The notes under the pieces are model-generated. The model did not search any database. It was not told the origin of the DNA and worked only from the letters and a program-made list of their open reading frames with translations. DNA of 60,795 bases, taken from the IMG/VR virus record IMGVR_UViG_3300038318_000336, positions 1 through 60,795 of that record. The stretch is one strand, 5' to 3'. The translations under genes were made by a program, and so were the position numbers. Source of the stretch: a virus. Lineage: Duplodnaviria > Caudoviricetes. Below are positions 28,750 to 37,362 of this stretch, piece after piece. The first letter of the stretch is position 1; the number at the start of each line of letters is the position of its first letter.

Positions 28750-28771
28750 AACCGCCTTCGGGCGGTTTTTT
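28750..28771 (+). terminator. intrinsic terminator
   Basis: AACCGCC-TTCG-GGCGGTT + T-run. Confidence 0.85.
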
Positions 28772-28800
28772 AATGCCCAAAAGAAAGGCGGTTGATAAAA

Positions 28801-29160
28801 ATGCCAGAAGACAAGATCCAAGAGAAAAGGTTCGATGATTTTAAGAATGAAATGTTCCGGGCCCTAGCCGACCTAAAAGAAACATTGGGCAGCCGGATAA
28901 GCGAACTGTCCGGCGAGGTCAAGGCGTATATGCAAATGTCCCAGCGGCAAGATCGGGAATTGGTGGAGTTGCGTGCTAAGAACGAAAACAACGAAGATGA
29001 CATCAGGGAAATTAAGCCGAAGCTGGAACAGGTCAAAGAACAAACTACAGAGCTCAAAACAGAGCTGGAAACCACGCAACGCAACTTTAAAACCGCCTTG
29101 ACGATTGTGAGTTTGGGATTATCACTTTTAACTCTGGTTTTGAGATTTTGGAAGGGGTGA
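28801..29160 (+). CDS. coiled-coil protein with C-terminal TM (XhlA/holin-accessory-like)
   Basis: coiled coil then single TM; first gene of lysis block. Confidence 0.65.
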   Translation: MPEDKIQEKRFDDFKNEMFRALADLKETLGSRISELSGEVKAYMQMSQRQDRELVELRAKNENNEDDIREIKPKLEQVKEQTTELKTELETTQRNFKTALTIVSLGLSLLTLVLRFWKG

Positions 29161-29164
29161 GATA

Positions 29165-29722
29165 ATGGCAGACTTTGAAAAAGCGGTACAGAAAACCTTG
29201 TCCCTGGAAGGCGGTTACGTCAACGACCCAGCCGACCCTGGCGGTGCCACGAAGTACGGGATCGCCGAAGCCACCGCCAGGGCTCATGGTTATATCGGTG
29301 ACATGCGGTTGCTAACGGTAGAAACGGCAAAAGCCATCTACAAAACAAGTTATTGGGACGTTGCTCGGCTTGACGAGGTAGAGAGCCAGCTCATAGCCGA
29401 AAACATCTTTGATTGTAATGTGAATTGCGGGGCGAAAATAGGTGGCAGATTATTACAGGAGTCTCTGAACCTCATTAACATCGACCCCGCCGGCCGACAA
29501 ATGTGGCCAGTCATTACGGTAGACGGCATTGTGGGAAACGGAACGCTTCAAACATTAAACCAAGCTCTCCGCTCAAGACGAGATATGGAGAGCTTAATTA
29601 TTGTGATGTTTAACTGTTTGCGGGCGAATCGGTATGTAAGCATTATAAAAAACAGGCCGGCTAGTAAGAAATTTATGATTGGTTGGCTAAAACATCGGGT
29701 TTGGTTGGAGGTGAGAACATGA
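29165..29722 (+). CDS. endolysin, glycoside hydrolase family 108
   Basis: EGGYVNDPADPGGATKYGI, VDGIVGNGTL, KFMIGWLKHRV. Confidence 0.92.
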   Translation: MADFEKAVQKTLSLEGGYVNDPADPGGATKYGIAEATARAHGYIGDMRLLTVETAKAIYKTSYWDVARLDEVESQLIAENIFDCNVNCGAKIGGRLLQESLNLINIDPAGRQMWPVITVDGIVGNGTLQTLNQALRSRRDMESLIIVMFNCLRANRYVSIIKNRPASKKFMIGWLKHRVWLEVRT

Positions 29723-29994
29723 GAACCGGAACCAAAATCTCTATCCTCCTGGTTATCTGGACGATGTTATTAGTCACATTCCTTGTAGTTGGTCTTGTCT
29801 GTCTCTCTATTGACCACCCAGACCTAAAAGAACTTTGGACGCAGGTAGCGCCAATCATCACTGCTCTTTTAGGGACTGGGGGATTGGGGTTTGGAATAAA
29901 CGAAGTAAGAAAAGCTGTAGAAAATAAAAGTTTTAACCTAAAAAATAAGCAAAAGGAAAATTTAGAAAGTGAAAATGAAACAGAAAAGCTATAA
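29719..29994 (+). CDS. holin candidate (2 TM)
   Basis: two hydrophobic helices, charged C-tail, overlaps endolysin stop. Confidence 0.65.
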   Translation: MRTGTKISILLVIWTMLLVTFLVVGLVCLSIDHPDLKELWTQVAPIITALLGTGGLGFGINEVRKAVENKSFNLKNKQKENLESENETEKL

Positions 29995-30556
29995 AATCAT
30001 TGTCGATTCAGGGGAAAGAGATATACCACAAGTATTGACCCCAATTTGCTCTGAAGTAGGATCCTTGGTTATTTCACATGAGGATGAAATTGCATATGAT
30101 ATAGCATGGCGAACAGAACAGAAACTAACCCAAAAGGGTTGTTTGTCTTTTCTTTCGCGAAACAGAGGAAAGCTTAGCACTATACAAAACCGTTGTGATT
30201 TTGCAAACAAGATGAAAGCCGATTTATTTGTTTCTATTTATATTAACAACACAAATGACCAGACAACAAGCGGGCTTCAGGTTTATTCTTGCCAAGGCTC
30301 AAGGCCAGGGGCAATGCTCCGGAATGCAATTTATGGCGAGGTCAGGCGATTGTTCCCGGACTGGGCAGACCAGGGGACTAAAGAAGCCGGGTTTTATGTT
30401 TTGCGGGGAACCGATATGCCGGCGGTTACCGTCGAGTGCGGGCGCCTATCTAATCCAGAAGAAAAGAAACTCTTAACCTTGCCAGAGATAAGAGAACGGT
30501 TTGCCGAGGGGATTGCAGCGGGGGTAGAATCGTATTTGGTGGCAATACAGGATTAA
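29969..30556 (+). CDS. Amidase_3-fold protein with Zn-binding His residues lost
   Basis: ADLFVSIYIN, FYVLRGTDMPAVTVECG; IIVDSGE where DxGH is expected. Confidence 0.75.
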   Translation: MKMKQKSYKIIVDSGERDIPQVLTPICSEVGSLVISHEDEIAYDIAWRTEQKLTQKGCLSFLSRNRGKLSTIQNRCDFANKMKADLFVSIYINNTNDQTTSGLQVYSCQGSRPGAMLRNAIYGEVRRLFPDWADQGTKEAGFYVLRGTDMPAVTVECGRLSNPEEKKLLTLPEIRERFAEGIAAGVESYLVAIQD

Positions 30557-30595
30557 AAATGTTTTCCATAAAGAAAAGGGGGAATTAGAATAAAA

Positions 30596-31360
30596 ATGAA
30601 ACCTAGAACCAATTTTACAGACCCGTTTAAAACCACCAAAACCATCTTCTGGGTGGTTGTTTTTATTTTAGCGGTGATTGGGATAGTGGTTACATGGAAA
30701 AGCTTTGGGCGGTGGATAACCTTATTTGGTGGCGGATTGTTGGGACTGTTTGGGGGCGCTGATTGGTTGGAACAAAAAGAGCAGGAACGAATCAAACAAC
30801 GTAACTTGGAAATTCGCGAAGATATTGAGAATCAAAACGAAATCCGAACTAAGCTTGACAGTGAGACAGAGGATTGGCGGGAGAAAGTTGATAAATTACG
30901 TCGAAACGGACTAGTGATTATAATACCATTATGCCTTGGTTTGTTCTTGACAATGCTTTTCTCTGCCGCGGTCTATGCTAAAACGGATAATGATATTCCA
31001 GAAACTTATGATGAATTGTTAGAAGAATATATTCTTGCATTGGAATACATCGATGAGGCGGGTCAGAAGATAGCAGGTTATCAGGCGTTAGACGACAGGC
31101 GGATTAAAACTATAGAAAAGCAAGCGGACAGAATAAACGAGTTAGAGCAAGAGGTTGACAGACTATCTCGCCCTACTTGGGGTGTGGTTAGCGGTCTTGA
31201 GGTTATTGATATGGCCGCCAGATGGAAGCTAGGTATAAGCAAACAATATAATGGCCACAAAAGCTTATTTGTTTATTCATGGTCTGCCGGGTTAGCTGGT
31301 GGTGGCAATAATGGATTAGGAATATTTAGCGAGGTAGAATTAAGATGGAAACCTCCTTGA
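30596..31360 (+). CDS. membrane protein, spanin-like candidate
   Basis: TM segments, two coiled coils, beta-rich C-terminus; last gene of lysis block. Confidence 0.55.
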   Translation: MKPRTNFTDPFKTTKTIFWVVVFILAVIGIVVTWKSFGRWITLFGGGLLGLFGGADWLEQKEQERIKQRNLEIREDIENQNEIRTKLDSETEDWREKVDKLRRNGLVIIIPLCLGLFLTMLFSAAVYAKTDNDIPETYDELLEEYILALEYIDEAGQKIAGYQALDDRRIKTIEKQADRINELEQEVDRLSRPTWGVVSGLEVIDMAARWKLGISKQYNGHKSLFVYSWSAGLAGGGNNGLGIFSEVELRWKPP

Positions 31361-31380
31361 GGGAGGAATGGCAAGGAATA

Positions 31381-31526
31381 TTGACGATAATAGATATTGA
31401 TAGTTAGAATTATTGAAATGAGGTAGAAAAATGACCGTGTTCCACCGTCATTTTTCTTCAGATTGAAATGGCGGCCCCGGCCACCTTCTCTTACTGCGTC
31501 GAGAAAGTGGCCGGGGCCCTAGTTTT
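31381..31526 (+). ncRNA. candidate small structured RNA with own promoter
   Basis: TTGACG-18-TAGAAT, hairpins 31425-31457 and 31473-31518, then T-run. Confidence 0.4.
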
Positions 31527-31659
31527 TAGAAGACAATTATAGCAAAGAAAAAGCCTGGAGTTAAACGTTCCTCCAGGCCATTAAGAGGCTGCGAGCAATA
31601 CTCACAACCCTCATCCCGAATTATTCTACCACAGATGGGCAGGTTTATTCAACCAGATT

Positions 31660-32010
31660 TTACTCAACCAGTTTATTTAAGCTGATAGCAAGCTTAGCAA
31701 GAATTAGCTGGTTGAGGCTGGTGCCCTCCTGGTCAGCTTCTTTAATCAGCGCCCGATGAAGAGACCGAGGAAGCCTGAGCGTAAACTTCCCATCTGACTC
31801 AGTAGTCACTGGTTGCATTTTTTCAAGTTCGTAGGCCATGTCTTGTATTTCTTCGAATTCTGGCGACTCTAAATACTCATTTCTTTCTTTCCGGTTTTTC
31901 GGCATAAACTTAGACCCCTGGTTAAAATACCGGTTGTGGAAGCAGACCCAGTCCATCCCTTCTTCAAAACTTTTTTTTGCATCCTCTAATATCCATCCGA
32001 ATTTGTCCAT
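31660..32010 (-). CDS. hicB: HicB-like antitoxin (C-terminal RHH)
   Basis: GKFTLRLPRSLHRALIKEADQEGTSLNQLI. Confidence 0.75.
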   Translation of the reverse strand: MDKFGWILEDAKKSFEEGMDWVCFHNRYFNQGSKFMPKNRKERNEYLESPEFEEIQDMAYELEKMQPVTTESDGKFTLRLPRSLHRALIKEADQEGTSLNQLILAKLAISLNKLVE

Positions 32011-32067
32011 TTGTCACCTTTTCTCCCTTCTTTTTTAGAGGGGGTGGGGAGAACCCCCTCTTTGGTT

Positions 32068-32385
32068 TTACTTTGTTTCTATAAATTTTACCTTGATTCT
32101 TTGCTGTTCGTAGTACATCGAGTATTGCTGTAGTTGTTTCCCTATCCGAGTTACAAGCTTCTTGATTTTCCAGGCGATTCTGGAGTTTGGAACTATTATT
32201 ATGTACCGTCTTGAGATGTCTTCAAACTCCTCCTCGCCCTCCATGTATCCGCCTTTCGTTAGTCCGTCTAGCGAATACCCTCCAGCGATTTTCATTACCG
32301 CCTTTTCGAAGCTTTTAAAAACTTGTGGGCTGACCTCCTTTCCGTCGTTGTAGGTAGTTGGGATGAGTGTTGTGATTTTTATCAC
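32068..32385 (-). CDS. hypothetical ferredoxin/PII-like fold protein upstream of hicB
   Basis: IPTTYNDG...GGYS...GGY...LQQYSMYY; AAGGAGG RBS. Confidence 0.7.
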   Translation of the reverse strand: MIKITTLIPTTYNDGKEVSPQVFKSFEKAVMKIAGGYSLDGLTKGGYMEGEEEFEDISRRYIIIVPNSRIAWKIKKLVTRIGKQLQQYSMYYEQQRIKVKFIETK

Positions 32386-32431
32386 TTTATAGCCTCCTTA
32401 TTTAGTTTTCAATGTCCTCCCCTTGATTAAT

Positions 32432-32460
32432 ATGATACCATATATGGTGCCATATGTCAA
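32432..32460 (-). promoter_or_regulatory. promoter with palindromic operator
   Basis: minus strand TTGACA-17-TATCAT with TG extension; imperfect palindrome ATGATACCA-TATA-TGGTGCCAT over spacer/-10. Confidence 0.75.
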
Positions 32461-32637
32461 GCGAAAACAATAAATAAACAAAATATAAAGAAAATAATAT
32501 ATATTGAAATAATGGGTAACCAACTTGATGAAATTCGATAAGTTCGTTTGACCATAACCGGTATACAATAACAATATAGATAATGTCTATATTATAGATA
32601 ATATCTGACGATTCCAGGACGGAAGGAGGTAAATATC

Positions 32638-32922
32638 ATGTTGTGTAGTGATTGTGTTGAAAAACTTTATTTCAATATTTACATTGAACATACTGATGCC
32701 ATAACAATCCTCAAAGCAATAAACAAAGCCGATCGACCACTTAACCAGAGCGAAATAGTTAGAAAGACAGGGTTAACCACATCTTTGGCCAGAGATACAC
32801 TTAATATTTTGTGGGGGGCAAAGCTTGTAAACGCTGAGACCAGGGGGAGGGCGACCTGTTATTCATTGTCGGATGACTTCAAGAAGTCGATGGTCTATCT
32901 GCGAGGTGACTTGTTGAAGTAA
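32638..32922 (+). CDS. winged-helix DNA-binding protein
   Basis: LNQSEIVRKTGLTTSLARDTLNILWGAKLV..ETRGRATCYSL. Confidence 0.8.
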   Translation: MLCSDCVEKLYFNIYIEHTDAITILKAINKADRPLNQSEIVRKTGLTTSLARDTLNILWGAKLVNAETRGRATCYSLSDDFKKSMVYLRGDLLK

Positions 32923-32962
32923 TTGGTACCGAAAAGAGTAAAAGGAAAGGAGAGAATGAGGA

Positions 32963-34198
32963 ATGAGTAAAGGGTGGAAACAATTTATAAACACCACTAT
33001 TCTTCTGATCTCAATAGGACTATCAACCTATATCTTTATTCAGATGACCAACGAAGTTTTGGTAAAATGGTTATTCTTTGCCCTGGTTGCTCTTTATGAG
33101 ATAATCATGCAGGGCGTTTTAGGGGCTTCGTTGTCACTCTTTAAGCGGTGCCGATGGAATAAATGGTGTATCTTCCCTGCAATCTTTTGTTTTCTGTTGT
33201 ATATAACCGCCTACGTTACTATCTACGCTGTCCCCACCGCTATGGGTGTTTTTCTGTTACATGCCGACAAGCAGGCTGTTACAGCGGAGGTCACAGAAAT
33301 AGAGTATGAAATACAAAAAAGGATACTGGACTTGGATTTAGACTCTATCGAAAACTATAACTTGCAAATGCGAGCGGAATCAAAAACCGGTTACGGGAGG
33401 CAGTCGGAAAAAGTCACAACAGAACAAAACAAACTACGCGAGAATTTAGAAAACCGACTTGCAATGTTTCTGGAAGTTTCGAAGGAGAAGGAGAAGTCTT
33501 CCGTCGATGTTTTTGAAAGTCTTAGTGACAGCCTAAAAACTATCAAAGAGATGTCCCCGAGAACAATAAAGTTTGTAATGTTCGCTACAGTCTTTTTTGG
33601 GATGTACTTGGGATTGATTATTACACATCAGGAAATGCCGGATTGGAGACAGAAATACAGAGAGGAAGGGCAGGAGGAGCAGGGTAAAGAAGTTGAGGGA
33701 AAAGAAAACAAAACTTCTGTTTTGAAAAGTTTCAAAGAAAGTTCTGCAAAAACTTCTACCAAAAAAACTTCTAAAAGTTCCAGAAAACTTCGTAACAAAA
33801 CTTCTCAAACTTCTCCCGAAAGTTTAGCAAAAACTTCTCAAAAAACTTCTGACAAAAGTTATCAGGAAGAAAAAAGTTTCCCGGAAAGTTCCGCCCAAAG
33901 TTCTCCCGAAAGTTTGACTCAAAAAGTATCTCTGGGGACAACACAGGAAAATATTAAAAAGTTCGCAACTGAGATGGAACGTTTTGTAGATGCTTCTATT
34001 CGTGACACTGGCATTCTGAATAGTGCAAGAAGAGTTAGCATGATGACTGGTATTCCAATTGATCGTTGCAATGAGTATCGGAAACAGCTAGACGAGATGG
34101 AAATTGGGGGAGTGTCGGTGGTTGAGACGACTCAGGGTGGGAGTCGGGCAAATTTCGAGAAAGAAGTTATATTAGAGAGGGTTAGGGAGGCAATTTAA
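32963..34198 (+). CDS. multi-TM membrane protein with coiled coil, S/K/T linker and C-terminal HTH-like domain
   Basis: four hydrophobic helices; KTS/ESS linker; SARRVSMMTGIPIDRCNEYRKQL. Confidence 0.75.
   Translation: MSKGWKQFINTTILLISIGLSTYIFIQMTNEVLVKWLFFALVALYEIIMQGVLGASLSLFKRCRWNKWCIFPAIFCFLLYITAYVTIYAVPTAMGVFLLHADKQAVTAEVTEIEYEIQKRILDLDLDSIENYNLQMRAESKTGYGRQSEKVTTEQNKLRENLENRLAMFLEVSKEKEKSSVDVFESLSDSLKTIKEMSPRTIKFVMFATVFFGMYLGLIITHQEMPDWRQKYREEGQEEQGKEVEGKENKTSVLKSFKESSAKTSTKKTSKSSRKLRNKTSQTSPESLAKTSQKTSDKSYQEEKSFPESSAQSSPESLTQKVSLGTTQENIKKFATEMERFVDASIRDTGILNSARRVSMMTGIPIDRCNEYRKQLDEMEIGGVSVVETTQGGSRANFEKEVILERVREAI
33711..33915. repeat. array of ~17 AAACTT/AAAGTT motifs
   Basis: 8 AAACTT and 9 AAAGTT counted; AACTT and AAGTT are reverse complements. 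Confidence 0.75.
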
Positions 34199-34261
34199 TG
34201 GAAATCTACGGCTTGCATAAGAGAAGCCAAAAGATAATCAGCAGCAAACTAGATTCTATTT

Positions 34262-34783
34262 TTAGTGAGTTTGTCTTAAACCATCCCATAATAACTTCAC
34301 TGAAGGATATTTTTCATAAACAGCTTCTTTGGCAGCATTAAATTCTTCCATCGACCAGGGAGCAAACGGCTTAATCTTTTCTATGTAGCTGGCAAAGACC
34401 GGCTTTAAACTATTTTTTATTCCAGTCTTCTTGCCATAATTCCCTTTCTCATCGACAAAGATTATTCTTAAGAAATCTTGGGTGACAAGGTCCCGAAAAA
34501 CAATTTCCCCACCATCTGGCTGATAATAATTCCACCATGATTCATACAGCATATCGATATCAGCGTTTGGCTGAAGAAGTACAGCAACCAGGAAGATTCC
34601 ATTATACTCCATAGCACCGGTGCGGAGCTCAAAAACAGGGTTGTATTTTAATCTTTTAATATATTTCGGTTCCTCTTTAATATAGAGAGCCGTTTCCATC
34701 GGGGCACCATCGAAGCTAGATCGGGCATAAATCATAGTTCCGGCCGGCTGGGTTAATAAATATTGAAGTGGGTCTATTAACAT
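34262..34783 (-). CDS. hypothetical protein
   Basis: GAGGTG RBS before ATG 34783. Confidence 0.7.
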   Translation of the reverse strand: MLIDPLQYLLTQPAGTMIYARSSFDGAPMETALYIKEEPKYIKRLKYNPVFELRTGAMEYNGIFLVAVLLQPNADIDMLYESWWNYYQPDGGEIVFRDLVTQDFLRIIFVDEKGNYGKKTGIKNSLKPVFASYIEKIKPFAPWSMEEFNAAKEAVYEKYPSVKLLWDGLRQTH

Positions 34784-34939
34784 GGATATCACCTCATTAA
34801 GAATAATTTTACAGCTTGATTTATTTATAGTTAGTTTTCGTTCTTTTAAAGGTTTTCCCTTTATTGTTTTGATGAAATATTATTCCTGAATAACCAAAAG
34901 ACCAGCTAAACTAGTTTTAATAAGTGTATTGTAAACATA

Positions 34940-34995
34940 TTGTTAACAAGTATAAACTATGTTGTGTTTCACAACAAAGTATAGTATACTATAAT
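34940..34995 (+). promoter_or_regulatory. promoter/operator cluster of the 35-49.7 kb operon
   Basis: TATAAT 34990-34995; palindromes TTGTTAACAA, TGTTGTG-TTT-CACAACA, TATAGTATACTATA. Confidence 0.65.
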
Positions 34996-35216
34996 CACAG
35001 CAAGAGAAAAACAGAGCGGGACACTGAAAAACGAATAGGTTGGGAGCCTCCCAATACAGGGGCTATATTGAAACCCGGGGAAGCCGGCATGAAGCGGGCC
35101 AAGGGCAACGATATAACCAAGATGCCACCAAGAGCCCACCTCCTAGTGGTGGTGGCGGTAACGTTCAACAGAACGGCTAACGGGCTAAAAAAAGAAAAAA
35201 GGACGGAGGGTTAAAA

Positions 35217-36149
35217 GTGAAAAGTACAACGAAACGGAATTTGATGGCCAGAGCACATAAGCTGGCGAGAACTATGGAAGGCGATTACCGGGCGAGGATG
35301 AGCTTGGCCCTCCGGGCAGTATGGAGGGAAGAGAAGATGGGGAAGGCAGAGGGAAAAACAAACAAGATAGTAGCAAAAACCATTTCGGAGGATTGCATTT
35401 ACCATAGTATCAGTTACTTAGCCGGCGACGATTGTGGTCCATTCGCCGGAAAACAACTTACCGAAGGACACCCGGTAACAGTCCAAGGGACAAACGCGGT
35501 AAGGTTTAAACAGAAACACAAAGGGCAACCAATTTATATTAAATATGAAAACCGTCCTGAGCTTGCGAAGTTGGTAGCCGAATACAAAGAGATTGATGCT
35601 CAAAAACAAGCAGAAAGAGAGATTGTGTGGGCGAAGAAAAGAGCAGAAGAGGAAGCTGCTGCAAAACCGCTGATTGAAGCCATGAACGCCAAAGCGGAAG
35701 AACTCCGAAGAAGCATCCCAGCGGACCACATTGAAGTACAGGCTGAGCAAATCGGCAGTTTCGACGGTTACCCCCAGATGGAGTACACCGTTGACGGATT
35801 CGAAATTGGCTGGGAAGATGTAAATGTTGTTGGTTGGGCAACAGCCACATGGCCGAATGCCTTGTCTCCGTTCCAGTCTATATGCATAGCTTCTATCAGC
35901 CGAGAAAAACTGGAAGAGCTAAAAGCGGCAAAAGTAGCCGCTGAAAAGAAAAAGGCCGAAGATAAACGAAAAGCTGAAGATGAGATTCTAGCGAAATTCA
36001 CAGAAGCTAAAGAAACCGGGAAGCCAGTATTGCTTCACAAGTGGATGGAAGATTGTTGTGACCCGAAGGAAGAGTGTAGCCTGGACGTTCATTATGAATA
36101 CGCAATGCCAGACGGGACCACGAAGCACGATTGGAACCATACCTGGTGA
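35217..36149 (+). CDS. hypothetical protein
   Basis: GGAGG RBS; N-terminal LMARAHKLAR..GDYRARMSLALR motif. Confidence 0.75.
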   Translation: MKSTTKRNLMARAHKLARTMEGDYRARMSLALRAVWREEKMGKAEGKTNKIVAKTISEDCIYHSISYLAGDDCGPFAGKQLTEGHPVTVQGTNAVRFKQKHKGQPIYIKYENRPELAKLVAEYKEIDAQKQAEREIVWAKKRAEEEAAAKPLIEAMNAKAEELRRSIPADHIEVQAEQIGSFDGYPQMEYTVDGFEIGWEDVNVVGWATATWPNALSPFQSICIASISREKLEELKAAKVAAEKKKAEDKRKAEDEILAKFTEAKETGKPVLLHKWMEDCCDPKEECSLDVHYEYAMPDGTTKHDWNHTW

Positions 36150-36156
36150 TAGCTAA

Positions 36157-36175
36157 GCCGGGAACCGACCCCGGC
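36157..36175 (+). repeat. intergenic ACCGA-loop hairpin, copy 1 of 3 (others 36584-36602, 40035-40053)
   Basis: GCCGGGAACCGACCCCGGC. Confidence 0.8.
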
Positions 36176-36198
36176 AATAAAATGAAGGGGGAAAAGAG

Positions 36199-36582
36199 AT
36201 GGAGGCAGACAGCGAGCGGATCAACAGACTATCTAACGTAGAAAGCCCAGTAACGCGAGAGGCTTACGAAAAGGCTTGCAAGATTGCAGGAGTCGAAATT
36301 TATTCCGATGAGCAAATCACGGGGGAAATTTCTTACGCTCTTAAATATGGTGAATTTAATCTCCCTGAGTACTCAGCTCAAACCATTATAAAATTTAACT
36401 TGGCGAGACTGAGAATGTACGTATTAGAGGATGAAAAAAAAAGAGCTCAGGAAAAAAAACAGAGACAAGAACCCAACTTTATAGCGTGTCCTAACTGCGG
36501 AGCTTTGACAACTAAAAACAATCTCATGTCAGCAAGTCTTGGGGTCGCGTGCCCCGCATGCTACGACGAGATGAGTAACTAA
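36199..36582 (+). CDS. hypothetical protein, C-terminal Zn ribbon
   Basis: CPNCG...CPAC. Confidence 0.75.
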   Translation: MEADSERINRLSNVESPVTREAYEKACKIAGVEIYSDEQITGEISYALKYGEFNLPEYSAQTIIKFNLARLRMYVLEDEKKRAQEKKQRQEPNFIACPNCGALTTKNNLMSASLGVACPACYDEMSN

Positions 36583-36628
36583 AGCCGGGAACCGATCCCG
36601 GCAAACAAAAAGCGAGGGGGAGTAAAAA

Positions 36629-37279
36629 GTGAAAAAGATAAAAATGTTTGAGGTTGAAAGGTGTGAATACGTAGACTTACTGGAAGAGGTTTTGACCGAG
36701 CTAGTGAAGAGGGCAGCAGAAGGAGGAATTCCTCACTGGAACGGTTATGACATCATCGAGAAAGCCAAAGCCGGAGGCCTTACAATATATACTCTCCGGT
36801 TGCATTTAGGCCCGATACAGAACCCGAGAAGCATAACTGCTTCCGTAACTATCCATTATCTTGCAGACCTACCTACTCCAAAAGTTTATGTTGAATGGGA
36901 CGGCGACAAAACGTTTAACTTGTTTCTGCAGAAGTTCTTCGTTAATAGGTATGGCGCGTCGCTGAAGGACATAGAAAGACTAGTCGATGTATTCGGCGCC
37001 AACAAAGTGGTCAGAGTTCTTGGGCACAACAAAACACTAGAAGAAGCTGCAAAAGAGTTAGTTTTGGGAGAACTTCAGGAATTAGGATGGGATGAAGACA
37101 CTTACGAGAATCTCTTTGATGAAAACGGATTCTTATTTGAAACTCACATTTATGGAAGGGCTGCTCTCTTCTGCGAGATGGATTTACCAGAAAGGCGCAA
37201 AAAGGAAGTAGAGGTTGTCTGTGACAAGGCCGGTTTCGAAGTCATCTGGGAAAAGTACGACCCGGCAAATTACATTTAG
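36629..37279 (+). CDS. hypothetical protein
   Basis: 216 aa, RBS. Confidence 0.7.
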   Translation: MKKIKMFEVERCEYVDLLEEVLTELVKRAAEGGIPHWNGYDIIEKAKAGGLTIYTLRLHLGPIQNPRSITASVTIHYLADLPTPKVYVEWDGDKTFNLFLQKFFVNRYGASLKDIERLVDVFGANKVVRVLGHNKTLEEAAKELVLGELQELGWDEDTYENLFDENGFLFETHIYGRAALFCEMDLPERRKKEVEVVCDKAGFEVIWEKYDPANYI

Positions 37280-37362
37280 GTTGGCGTAAAAATCGTGCGG
37301 GAGGGTTGTAGCCCTCCACCCTTTAGAAGGGAACCTAGAGAGAAGGAAAGGAGGGAGAGTTA

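Noticed and set aside
34924-35214. 96-aa ORF before the accessory operon
   Set aside because: No RBS; it spans the promoter and structured leader.
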